Below, piece after piece: positions 34,007-42,626 of a stretch of 64,000 nucleotides of DNA (within the stretch, counting starts at the first letter, position 1; each line of letters begins with the position of its first letter). The notes beneath the pieces are model-generated. The model worked only from the letters and a program-made list of their open reading frames with translations, was not told the origin of the DNA and searched no databases. Source of the stretch: an uncultured bacterium. Lineage in GTDB: Bacteria; Chloroflexota; Dehalococcoidia; Tepidiformales; Tepidiformaceae. The DNA is taken from the NCBI GenBank assembly GCA_963832795.1, contig CAWHVJ010000012.1, positions 59,095-123,094 on the forward strand, in the 5' to 3' direction. The position numbers and the translations under genes were made by a program.

Positions 34007-34936
34007 ATGCCCTCGACCGAAGACGTTGGCGCGGCCGCCGATGACCTGAGCCTGGACGAGATCCCGTTCAGCGAGCTGCGGACGGTGCTTGCTGCGCTCA
34101 GGGATGGCGTCCGCGAGGTCCTGGGCGAGAATCTCGTCGGCCTTTATCTCCAGGGATCGTTCGCGTTAGGCGATGGCGATGCCTACAGCGACCTTGACTT
34201 CGTCGTCGTAACGCACGAGGACGTTGATAGCGTGGTCGAGAGGGCGTTGAACGAGATGCACGGCAGGCTCCACGACCGGCCCGAGACCTGGGCGCAGCAC
34301 CTCGAGGGTTCGTACGCGCCGCTCCCCGTGATCCGGCGGCCTCCCGGGGCGCCGGACGCCCCGCAGTTCGCCCGGCCCCACGGATGGCGCGACCCCTCCA
34401 TCGCGGGTGGTCCCCCGGCGCGGGGTTATCCATTCCTGTTCCTCGGGAACGGCACTCGCACACTGGTACGTTCCGAGCACGACGATACCAATGTCGTGCG
34501 ATGGATCCTGCGCGAACACGGCATCGCACTCCATGGGCCGCCCGCCGCCGACCTGATCGACCCGGTGGAGCCGGCCGCGCTGGCGGCCGATGTGCGGCAG
34601 ACGGCGACTTCGTTCGGGAACGCGCTCCTCAGCGGTGAACTGACGCTCGAACCGCTCCACCTGCAGTGCTTCACTGTGCTCTTCTACTGCCGCGTCTTGC
34701 AGTCGCTTGCCACCGGCCGCATCCCGTCCAAGCCGGAGGCGATGCGCTGGGCGTTCGCTGAGCTCGGACCGCGCTGGGCGCCGCTCATCGAGGATGCGTG
34801 GCAGCGTCGCGCCGACTATCCGCGGGGACGGGGCGCACCCGTTCTCCACGAGGCTCTGCACCCATCTGACGCGGCCGTCGCGGAGACGCTGGCGTTCGTG
34901 CGGTTCGCGCTCGACCGGATGGGGCTCGGCGGATAA
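34007..34936 (+). CDS. nucleotidyltransferase, aminoglycoside adenylyltransferase (ANT/AadA)-like
   Basis: Pol-beta NTase motif GLYLQGSFALGDGDAYSDLDFVVV plus a DUF4111-like C-terminal domain. Confidence 0.6.
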   Translation: MPSTEDVGAAADDLSLDEIPFSELRTVLAALRDGVREVLGENLVGLYLQGSFALGDGDAYSDLDFVVVTHEDVDSVVERALNEMHGRLHDRPETWAQHLEGSYAPLPVIRRPPGAPDAPQFARPHGWRDPSIAGGPPARGYPFLFLGNGTRTLVRSEHDDTNVVRWILREHGIALHGPPAADLIDPVEPAALAADVRQTATSFGNALLSGELTLEPLHLQCFTVLFYCRVLQSLATGRIPSKPEAMRWAFAELGPRWAPLIEDAWQRRADYPRGRGAPVLHEALHPSDAAVAETLAFVRFALDRMGLGG

Positions 34937-34948
34937 GGCCCGACGTCG

Positions 34949-35398
34949 TCATTTGGTGATCCGGAAGATCGGGTGCTCCGGCGCAATCTCCAGCAGCTTC
35001 TCGTCCGGCACGTCGGCGCTCTCAAGGCCGAAGAACTGCTTGGTCTCCCATGCCCAGTTCTTTAGGTAGGCCCGCAGGATCGGCACCTTCGTCTCGTCGT
35101 TCGCGACCTCTTCCACCCGCACCGTCTCGGACTTCCGGCCGAGCTTCAGAACGCCCTCATGGCTCACGCGGATGTTCCGCACCCATTGCGTCTCGCCTCG
35201 CGGCGCCACCAGGTAGCGCTCGCCCTCGAAGTCCAGCGGGTTCACCGGCGTGCTCCGCCACTCCCCGGTCTTTCGCCCGCGCACCGACAGCGTCCGCGAG
35301 CCCTTCATGCTAATCCCGAGCACCATTGCGCCCTGCACAAGCGGGTTGAAGACGTGCTGGGTGAAAAAGTTGGGCTTCTGGTACGTCGCAGTTGTCAT
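34949..35398 (-). CDS. deazaflavin (F420)-dependent nitroreductase-family oxidoreductase (Ddn/DUF385-like)
   Basis: 149 aa with NP...SVRGRKTGEWRSTPVNP...YLVAPRGE...W.RN conserved blocks. Confidence 0.65.
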   Translation of the reverse strand: MTTATYQKPNFFTQHVFNPLVQGAMVLGISMKGSRTLSVRGRKTGEWRSTPVNPLDFEGERYLVAPRGETQWVRNIRVSHEGVLKLGRKSETVRVEEVANDETKVPILRAYLKNWAWETKQFFGLESADVPDEKLLEIAPEHPIFRITK

Positions 35399-35460
35399 CG
35401 TAGAACCTCCTTGGATGACTTACACCGTAAGACTATGATTCCGGCTCGTCAAGACTTATA

Positions 35461-36051
35461 GTGTTAGGTATGCCACATCCCGCCCGCCTCTCCCACGACC
35501 AAATCCTTCGAACCGCGAGAACACTCCTCGAAGTGCACGGCCCGGACGGGCTCACAATGCGCGCTCTCGCCCGCGACCTCAGCGTCAGCGCTCCGTCCCT
35601 CTACTTCCACGTCGAGAGCCGCGAGGACCTGCTTTCGCAGCTCATCGGGATGGGCCTCCAGGAGTTCGGCGCAATCATGCGCAAAGCTGCCACTGCCCCC
35701 GGCACCCCCCGCGACCGCGTCCGCGAACTCGCCGACGCCTACATCGCCTTCGCCGAGGCGAACCCGCAGCTCTTCGGCCTCATTTTCGGTCCCTGCTTCG
35801 ACGACGCGCGCTATCCCACCCAGGCTGCGGACGAGGCCGCCGTCCCGGTCCGCGCCGTTGCCGCCGAAATCGTCGGCGAAGAGCGTGCGATGTTTTTGGC
35901 CGAGGGCCTCTGGGCGCTTGCCCACGGCTACACGATGCTCCGCCTCGCCGACCAGTTCCGTCTCAACCCGGACCATCGCGCCGGCTTCGACCTCGCCCTG
36001 GGTCTCCTCCTCGACGGCGCCCGGCTTGCCGCGCCCTCGCCAGCGCACTAA
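35461..36051 (+). CDS. TetR/AcrR family transcriptional regulator
   Basis: N-terminal HTH (TMRALARDLSVSAPSLYFHV). Divergent from the Ddn-like gene. Confidence 0.8.
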   Translation: MLGMPHPARLSHDQILRTARTLLEVHGPDGLTMRALARDLSVSAPSLYFHVESREDLLSQLIGMGLQEFGAIMRKAATAPGTPRDRVRELADAYIAFAEANPQLFGLIFGPCFDDARYPTQAADEAAVPVRAVAAEIVGEERAMFLAEGLWALAHGYTMLRLADQFRLNPDHRAGFDLALGLLLDGARLAAPSPAH

Positions 36052-36060
36052 CGTCGCGCC

Positions 36061-36540
36061 GTGCCGCACACTATTCGCCGCGCCACCCCGGCTGATGCCG
36101 CAGCCCTCGCCGCGCTTCGCTACGACTTTCGCGCCGCCGTGAACCCGCCCGTCGAGGGAGAGGATGTCTTCGTCCAGCGTTGCGCCGCCTGGATGCGGCC
36201 GCGGCTCGTCGCCGACGGCCCGTGGTTCTGCTGGCTGCTCGAGTGCGCCGGTGTTCCGGCGGGCCAAATCTGGCTGCAGCTGATCGAGAAGCTCCCCAAC
36301 CCCGCCCCCGAGCTGGAGCGCCATGGCTACATAACGAACGTCTACGTCGCACCCGAAGCCCGGGGTCAGGGCGCCGGCGAAGCCCTGCTGGAGACGGCCC
36401 TCGCGCACTGCCGCAGCGCCGGCGTCGATTCCGTGATTCTCTGGCCCACAGAACGTAGCCGAACTCTCTATGCGCGCCACGGCTTTGCCGTGCGCGACGA
36501 TCTGATGGAGGTCCTGTTGGACGACAAGCGGCACATCTGA
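36061..36540 (+). CDS. GNAT family N-acetyltransferase
   Basis: RGQGAGEALLE acetyl-CoA binding motif. Confidence 0.75.
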   Translation: MPHTIRRATPADAAALAALRYDFRAAVNPPVEGEDVFVQRCAAWMRPRLVADGPWFCWLLECAGVPAGQIWLQLIEKLPNPAPELERHGYITNVYVAPEARGQGAGEALLETALAHCRSAGVDSVILWPTERSRTLYARHGFAVRDDLMEVLLDDKRHI

Positions 36541-36575
36541 CACGCGTTCGGGCGGGCCGCGAGTTCCCTCCCTGG

Positions 36576-37238
36576 TTGATGTACGCTCTAGTACGCATCG
36601 TGGTGAACGCAACAACTCTCTACCCCGAAGTCGTGCCCGGCGACGGCCTGGTCCTTCGTCCGTGGGATGCGTTTCTGGTCGACCAGATGGCGAACTGGGG
36701 CGAGCGCGGCTTTCCCTACCACGCCTTCGACATGGGCTACCTGCGCGATCCGATGCGCGCCGCGAATGCCCTCCTCTGGGCATACGACGAGAGCCCGCAC
36801 CTCCACTTCGTCGCTGTCGAAGGCGAGACGGCGGTCGGACGTCTCTCGGTCAACCTCAAGGATGTCTCCGGCCTCTACATCTGGGCCGTCCACGTTCCCC
36901 CTGAACACGAGGGCCGCGGCGTCTGCCGGCGAATGTTGGCCGCGCTCATGGAATGGCTCGAACCCGATTACCCCGACCGCGACTTCGTCCTCAGCTCGAA
37001 CACCTTCGCCGAGCACGCCCACCGCGCCTATCGCGCCCTCGGCTTCGAGATTATCGAAACGCGCTGGCACTTCGACCGCGAAATCGCAGAGACGCTCTGG
37101 AAGGTCTCCCCCGCGCAGCGCGAGCCTATCAGCCGCCACATTCGCTTCCACAACGGCCGCTGGGAAGTGCGCACCTACGTCCTCAAGCGCAAGCGCGGCA
37201 CAACGATGCACCTCGATAGTCCGAATCGCCGCCGCTAA
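36576..37238 (+). CDS. GNAT family N-acetyltransferase (second copy)
   Basis: GRGVCRRMLAAL motif. Confidence 0.65.
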   Translation: MMYALVRIVVNATTLYPEVVPGDGLVLRPWDAFLVDQMANWGERGFPYHAFDMGYLRDPMRAANALLWAYDESPHLHFVAVEGETAVGRLSVNLKDVSGLYIWAVHVPPEHEGRGVCRRMLAALMEWLEPDYPDRDFVLSSNTFAEHAHRAYRALGFEIIETRWHFDREIAETLWKVSPAQREPISRHIRFHNGRWEVRTYVLKRKRGTTMHLDSPNRRR

Positions 37239-37270
37239 CGCTCGCCCGTGAGACCGTACGCGCGACGCGC

Positions 37271-38393
37271 CTACCCGATCCCCAGCCGCCGATCGTTCTC
37301 GCGCCACGCGACGTCGTTGAGCGCCATCAGCCCGCCGGCGACAAGCGAGTGGCCGCCGAGCAGCACGGGCACCGGCGCCTTCGCGGCCCCCTCGGTGAAG
37401 CGTCGCAGGAACTCGTCGTCGATCGCGTCCCACGCGAGCATGTCGCTCTGGAAACGATCCTCGCGCGATGGCGAAATGCCCATGTGCGCCTCGATCACAC
37501 GCGTATCCAGCACCACTGCGTCGCCCAGGAGCGCCAGCCGCTCGAAGAACCGCTGCACGCCCACCTCCTCCAGCAGAAACCCCAGCGCCGAATGCGCCTG
37601 GTAGCCGGCCGGAGCGGTCGCCAGTCCCCGCTCCTCGCTGAACATCCGCACCCGGCAGGCTGTCTCCCGCTCCAGGTACTGCCACGTCACGCTCCCTACC
37701 CGCCCGGCGACTACCAGTTCCGCGGTACGGTCGCACAGCAGCGGCATCACCCCCCGGTACCGGTCCGCGATGCCGGACGCTGGCCCCGTCGCCGCCGCCA
37801 GCTCGGGGTCGAGCCCCTCCGTCAGTGCCAGCACGGCGAGGTCCGAAGGCGTGTCCAGGTCGAACTGCGTGGCTGTCGTTCGCGGCAAGACCACCGACGC
37901 CAGGCCGGCGTCGTCGCGCAGCCGCCGTGGCAACACGTTGTCGCGCGCAACCGGTGTCACCTCGAAGATCGCCTCGCCCGGCGACCACGCCGTCAGGTCC
38001 GCCGAGAAGAAGTTATTGGTGACGAACCGGCCGTCGCGCGAATCAAGCTGCTCCACGATGAGCTGGAACTCAGGCACCCCGAGCAACGGAACCGATCCCG
38101 ACCCCATGACCGCCGGCTTCTGTAGGCCGTACCGCCGCACCAGCCCGCGCAGCCGCTCCCCGAAGTCGAACGCCTCCCCGGGGCTGTCCGCGTCGACGAG
38201 GACATTCGGTGGCACGGGCGAAAACAGCTCCGGGCTGTCCGTCGCGATAATCACCGCTTCGAACCCGCTCGCCAACGCGCTCCGCGCCGTCCCCAGCGCC
38301 GCCGCCACCCGGGCCCGCGCCAGCATCCGCTCCGCCACCTTTTCCCCCGTCGCACCGTGGAAGATCAGCAGCACTGGCCGTTCGAACGTCACC
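37271..38393 (-). CDS. hypothetical protein (start uncertain; N-terminal ORF extension is R/G-rich junk)
   Basis: Coding-like from about VVTFERPVLLIFHGATGEK onward. No confident domain call. Confidence 0.4.
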
Positions 38394-38499
38394 ACGAAAA
38401 GCGTACGCGGCCCAACGCTAACTGGCTCGACCAACGGCGAGTCGCATGCGCCGACTCGTCGCTGTTGGCCAGCCCCACGGCCGCGCGGCGACCTTCCGC

Positions 38500-39159
38500 T
38501 CAGGCGGCCGCTACGGTCGACCGTGCGCCCAGCCCCTCGCTGCTCCGCACCGAGACCGCGATCGCCACGCAAATCGCCCAGGCGAAGATGGCCCAGCCCG
38601 GAAGAAACGCGATGCCGCCCAGGAGCACGGCCGCGCACAGCAGCCCCACCAGCGCAAGCCACCTCGGCAGCGCTCCGTTCGCGAGGGCGCTCACGGAAAC
38701 GGTCGCCACGAAAGCCGCCCCGCACAGTGCGGCCCCAATGAACCACAGTTCGAACCCGAACGCGCCGATCCGCGCGACGTCGGGGCTGACAGGCGTCGTT
38801 TCAACGCCGGACCGAATGCTGATCGCCGCGATGCCCATCGCAACGCCGGCTGCGATCTGCAGGCCCGTGAACGCACCGGCCGCTATCCGCGCCATATCCA
38901 GGACGAAGTCGCTGGCGCCGGCGGCGCGGAGCCGCCGCACCAACCCGGTCGCGAACAGCATGAACGCGAGGCCGCCCGCGCACATCAAGTACAGCCCGCT
39001 GACGGTCATCGTTCGATGCCCGCTATCCGAAAGCCACTCGGCTGTGTCTGCGTTCGTGCTATTCCCCACAGCCAGCCCGTTGAGCATCAAGGCAATGCTC
39101 ACAGCCGTCATTGCCGCGAACAGCACGCCACCGATCGCGATCGCGCGGTCATTCCACAT
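38500..39159 (-). CDS. integral membrane protein (hypothetical)
   Basis: Multiple hydrophobic helices. Confidence 0.55.
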   Translation of the reverse strand: MWNDRAIAIGGVLFAAMTAVSIALMLNGLAVGNSTNADTAEWLSDSGHRTMTVSGLYLMCAGGLAFMLFATGLVRRLRAAGASDFVLDMARIAAGAFTGLQIAAGVAMGIAAISIRSGVETTPVSPDVARIGAFGFELWFIGAALCGAAFVATVSVSALANGALPRWLALVGLLCAAVLLGGIAFLPGWAIFAWAICVAIAVSVRSSEGLGARSTVAAA

Positions 39160-39210
39160 GGTTCAACCTCCAACGAGTTGGCGGAAGTATTTACATGTAG
39201 AGGTAAATTG

Positions 39211-39801
39211 TCAATACGTCATGCGGAGCGCTTCGATGCGTTGCGCTCGCCGCACCCCGGCTATGCCCGCGACCACCGCTGCGACCGGCCCAACGAACGT
39301 CCAGTAGAGCGTCCACGCCATCACCAGGCTCCCGACACCGATGAGCAGTGGTCCGGCGAACCGGTGCGTCGCCAGGTGGAGCCCAAGCCACATCGCGCCC
39401 GCCCCCACGATGCTCGCGATGGACAGCATTGTGAACGCCTCGCCCAGGAGGCTGGCCTGCGTCGATGCGAAACTTCCCGCCACGATGACCGCTGAGATGA
39501 ACGCCATCGTCAGCCAGGGCAGTGGCGGGCTCTCGCCCGTCGCCGCGACCCGCTCTCCCTCTCGGCCCGCTTCATACCGCCACACCACGTCCGCCAGCAT
39601 CCCGCGCACCATGCGTGACGTAATCTGCCGCCCAATCACCGCCGAGCCTGTCCCTTCCGCCCGGAACTCCAGCTCGTGCTCGTAGACGTCGCTCGCGATC
39701 TCGTCCCGGCGGTCGCGCTTCTGTGCATCGGTCAGCCCGGCCGTGTAAACCACCACCCAGGCGCGGTTAGCGTGTCGCGCGAGCTCGAGCGCCGTCGTCA
39801 C
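39211..39801 (-). CDS. membrane protein (hypothetical), co-oriented with padR
   Basis: C-terminal TM helices. Start overlaps the PadR stop. Confidence 0.5.
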   Translation of the reverse strand: MTTALELARHANRAWVVVYTAGLTDAQKRDRRDEIASDVYEHELEFRAEGTGSAVIGRQITSRMVRGMLADVVWRYEAGREGERVAATGESPPLPWLTMAFISAVIVAGSFASTQASLLGEAFTMLSIASIVGAGAMWLGLHLATHRFAGPLLIGVGSLVMAWTLYWTFVGPVAAVVAGIAGVRRAQRIEALRMTY

Positions 39802-40139
39802 GTCGTCGCCAATCGGGCGCCAGGCGTCGAGGGCGCCGGCTGGTTGGCGGCGGCGGTCCCCACGGCCGTCAGGCGGTAGAACCGGCGCCGGGGGCGGCGT
39901 TCGGCTGCTGCCTCCAGTGGGTCTTCCCAGGTGCTCTCCAGTAGCCCGGCCTTCTCCATCCGCTCGAGCACCCGGTACAGGTTGCCGTACGCGATCAGGT
40001 CCTTCGCGCCGCTCCCCTCGCGCATCTCGTGCGCGATGAGGAACCCGTGAAACTGCCCGACCCCCCGCGCCGCCAGCGTCGCCGCCGCGACCAGCAACTC
40101 GCGCTCAATCGGCAGAACCGTCCCGGGCTTCCTGCGCAT
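39798..40139 (-). CDS. PadR family transcriptional regulator
   Basis: Internal ATG 40139 (MRRKPGTVLPIERELLVAAA...). Winged-HTH PadR pattern with conserved YRVLERMEKAGLLES. Confidence 0.75.
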   Translation of the reverse strand: MRRKPGTVLPIERELLVAAATLAARGVGQFHGFLIAHEMREGSGAKDLIAYGNLYRVLERMEKAGLLESTWEDPLEAAAERRPRRRFYRLTAVGTAAANQPAPSTPGARLATT

Positions 40140-40162
40140 CGCCCGAGTATAGCGCGGCCGGT

Positions 40163-40244
40163 CTCGCGGGTAGGGAAACCTGCACCACGTGGGCGGTAGA
40201 CTCGCCCCATGCCGCGAAAGCACGTGCTGCTAGCGGGCTGCTAG
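40163..40244 (+). repeat. truncated copy of the LuxR-locus promoter/5' element with a 12-codon remnant ORF (MPRKHVLLAGC)
   Basis: About 50 bp nearly identical to 42569-42626 (CTCGCGGGTAGGGAAACCTGCACCACGTSGGCGGTAGACTCGCC-N-CATGCC). The first four codons MPRK are shared. Confidence 0.7.
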
Positions 40245-40269
40245 CGTGTCCTCGCCTTGGGCCGGTCGA

Positions 40270-40734
40270 TCAGGGAAGCGAGGGAGAGGAGTCGCCGATA
40301 AGGTAGCGCGGTCCGTTGCCGCGCTGCGCAGCCCGATCGTGCGGATTGAAGAGTGCGCAGCGTTCGAGCGAGAGACAGCCGCAGCCGATGCAGGAGGACA
40401 ACTCATTGCGAAGCCGTTCCAGGGCGGCAATCCGGGCGTCAAGGTGTTCCCGCCAGCCGGCTGCCAGGCGTTCCCAGTCATCCCCGGTCAGCGCCTGGTC
40501 CTGTGCGAGGCCGGTCATCACTGAGCGGATCTCCTCCAGGCTGATGCCGAGATCCCGCGCCACCCGAACGACCGCGACGCGCCTGAGCATGGAGCGACGA
40601 AAGCGTCGCTGATTCCCTGGCGTGCGCTCTGAGTGAATCAGCCCGAGCGACTCGTAGAAGCGCAGAGCCGACGGGGCCACGCCGCTCCGGCTGGCCAACT
40701 CGCTGATGGCGATCCTCGGCTCGGACTCGGCCAT
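40270..40734 (-). CDS. soxR: redox-sensitive transcriptional activator SoxR (MerR family, 2Fe-2S)
   Basis: C-terminal CIGCGCLSLERC cluster motif plus a MerR HTH. Confidence 0.85.
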   Translation of the reverse strand: MAESEPRIAISELASRSGVAPSALRFYESLGLIHSERTPGNQRRFRRSMLRRVAVVRVARDLGISLEEIRSVMTGLAQDQALTGDDWERLAAGWREHLDARIAALERLRNELSSCIGCGCLSLERCALFNPHDRAAQRGNGPRYLIGDSSPSLP

Positions 40735-40755
40735 AAACCTCTCCGCGATTGACTG

Positions 40756-40786
40756 TTGACTTCAAGCGTACTTGAAGTTGTAGCGT
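40756..40786 (+). promoter_or_regulatory. SoxR-type promoter: -35 TTGACT, 19-bp spacer containing palindrome ACTTCAAG-CGTA-CTTGAAGT, -10 TAGCGT
   Basis: Near-match to the E. coli soxS SoxR box CCTCAAG-TTAA-CTTGAGG. The 19-bp spacer is typical of MerR-family promoters. Confidence 0.7.
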
Positions 40787-40819
40787 CATGGCAGCAGTCC
40801 ATTTCCGGGAGGTGGAGTA

Positions 40820-42568
40820 ATGGCCATACAGCCAGCGAGCAGTGAACTCGTGGACGTCGGATCCCTGGAGAGTCTCCGTGAGCGCGGGGTTCGCGTGGTC
40901 TCCGCGGGAGGACGGGCGGTCGCCGTGTTCTACCACGACGGCAAGGTGTTCGCCGTCGACAACCGGTGTCCACACATGGGCTTTCCGCTCAGCCGGGGGA
41001 CCGTGCGCGACGGAATCCTCACCTGCCACTGGCACCACGCGAAGTTCGACCTCGCCGGCGGATGCACGTTCGATCCATTCGCGGACGACGTGGCGTCGTT
41101 CCAGGTCGAGGTGCGCGACGGCGAAATCTGGCTTGATCCTCGTCCGCGTGAGGAGGAGCCTCGGTCTCACTGGACGCGAAAGCTCGACGAGGGGCTGGAG
41201 CAGAACCTTCGCCTGGTGCTGGCGAAGGCGGTCATCGGGCTCGATGCGGCGCGGGCGACAGGAGACATCGTGGAACGCGCGGCGCTGTTTGCGCTCCGCA
41301 ACCGTGCGCGGGGCTGGGGTGACGGGCTCTCGATTCTCACGGCGATGGCGAACGTCCAGCCACACCTGGCGGCGGCGGATCGGCCGCGGGCGCTCTATCA
41401 CGGCGTCATCAACGTGGCGCGCAACGTCGCGGGCCAACCGCCCGACTTCGACCTGGCACCGCTCGAGACGAGCGAGGAGCGCCCGGAGGTGTATCGAAAC
41501 TGGTTTCGCCGGTTCATCGAGACTCGCAGCGAGGACGCTGCCGAGCGCTGCCTGCGCACGGCCATCGATAGCGGCCTGGATTCGCGCCAGCTTGCCGACA
41601 TGGTATTCGCGGCCTGCACCGATCACCTGTTCCTCGACACGGGGCACGCGCTCGACTTTGCGAACAAGGCGTGCGAACTGCTCGACCATATCGGCTGGGA
41701 CCACGCCCAGGAAGTGTTGCCGAGTCTCATCCCCGGGATGGCCTCAGCCCAGCGAATGGAGGAGACGTCTGCATGGCAACACCCGGTGAACCTGCCGCGC
41801 CTAATCCGAGAGGCGAACGAGGCGCTGGACTCAGCGCTGGCGACGGGCGGGGAGCGAATCGAGAACTGGGACGGCCACAGGAGCCTGGCCGAGGCTATCC
41901 TCGACAAGGAGCCGGCCGAGTCCCTGAGTGCGATAGTGTCGGCCGCCCGAGCGGGGGTCCGACTGGTCGATTTGTCCGCCGCAGTTGCCTATGCAGCAGC
42001 CCGAAGGCCGGTCCACTTCCACATCTCCAACGAGTTCGATGACTGGAATACGGTGCACCACACGTTCACGTACACGAACGCGGTGGACCAGGCGATGCGA
42101 CGTTCCCCCTCCCGGGAGCTCGCACGAGGCATCCTCGACGGGGCGATGTCGGTCTACCTTGAACGCTTCCTCAATGTGCCCCGGCAACCAGTGCCTCCGC
42201 CAAGCGGGCGCGCTCGGACTCCTGACGACGTCCTCTCTGAGTTCGATCGGCAGCAGCGGGTGGACGAGACCGCACAGACCGTGGTGGACCTGTTGGCCGC
42301 GGGCAAAGCCGAGGAGGTGATCGAGACGCTCGGACACGCGCTCCTGCGCGAGGATGCCGGCTTCCACCAGTTCCAGATCTATGAGGCGGCGCTCCGCCAA
42401 TATGGGAACTTCCGCGGGCGGCCAGAAGGTGACGAGATCCTCATCGGAGCTGCCCGCTTCCTCACGGCACATGCGCCAACGGTGCGGGCGTCGGGCCAGA
42501 CGTACGAGATCGCCGAGAGGCTCCATCGCGGCGAAGCGTTGTATGGCGACGACCCAGAGGAGGACTGA
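40820..42568 (+). CDS. Rieske [2Fe-2S] domain protein fused to a large C-terminal domain of unknown function (putative SoxR target)
   Basis: CPHMG...CHWHHAKF Rieske ligands in the first 80 aa. 582 aa in total with a GGAGG RBS. Confidence 0.7.
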   Translation: MAIQPASSELVDVGSLESLRERGVRVVSAGGRAVAVFYHDGKVFAVDNRCPHMGFPLSRGTVRDGILTCHWHHAKFDLAGGCTFDPFADDVASFQVEVRDGEIWLDPRPREEEPRSHWTRKLDEGLEQNLRLVLAKAVIGLDAARATGDIVERAALFALRNRARGWGDGLSILTAMANVQPHLAAADRPRALYHGVINVARNVAGQPPDFDLAPLETSEERPEVYRNWFRRFIETRSEDAAERCLRTAIDSGLDSRQLADMVFAACTDHLFLDTGHALDFANKACELLDHIGWDHAQEVLPSLIPGMASAQRMEETSAWQHPVNLPRLIREANEALDSALATGGERIENWDGHRSLAEAILDKEPAESLSAIVSAARAGVRLVDLSAAVAYAAARRPVHFHISNEFDDWNTVHHTFTYTNAVDQAMRRSPSRELARGILDGAMSVYLERFLNVPRQPVPPPSGRARTPDDVLSEFDRQQRVDETAQTVVDLLAAGKAEEVIETLGHALLREDAGFHQFQIYEAALRQYGNFRGRPEGDEILIGAARFLTAHAPTVRASGQTYEIAERLHRGEALYGDDPEED

Positions 42569-42626
42569 CTCGCGGGTAGGGAAACCTGCACCACGTCGGC
42601 GGTAGACTCGCCACATGCCACGCAAG
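42569..42626 (+). promoter_or_regulatory. conserved promoter element with -10 TAGACT 6 nt upstream of the ATG (leaderless-type)
   Basis: Shared with 40163-40244. A diverged copy lies at 57587-57633. Confidence 0.5.

Noticed and set aside
35464-38746. ORFs 35464..36783(-), 36588..37988(-) and the 5' extension of 37271..38746(-)
   Set aside because: Antisense to the TetR/GNAT genes or R/G-rich N-terminal extensions. Coding signal begins only near 38393.
38357-39495. Plus-strand ORFs 38357..39307 and 38446..39495
   Set aside because: Opposite well-formed minus-strand membrane-protein genes. Translations are Ala/Pro/Arg-rich junk.
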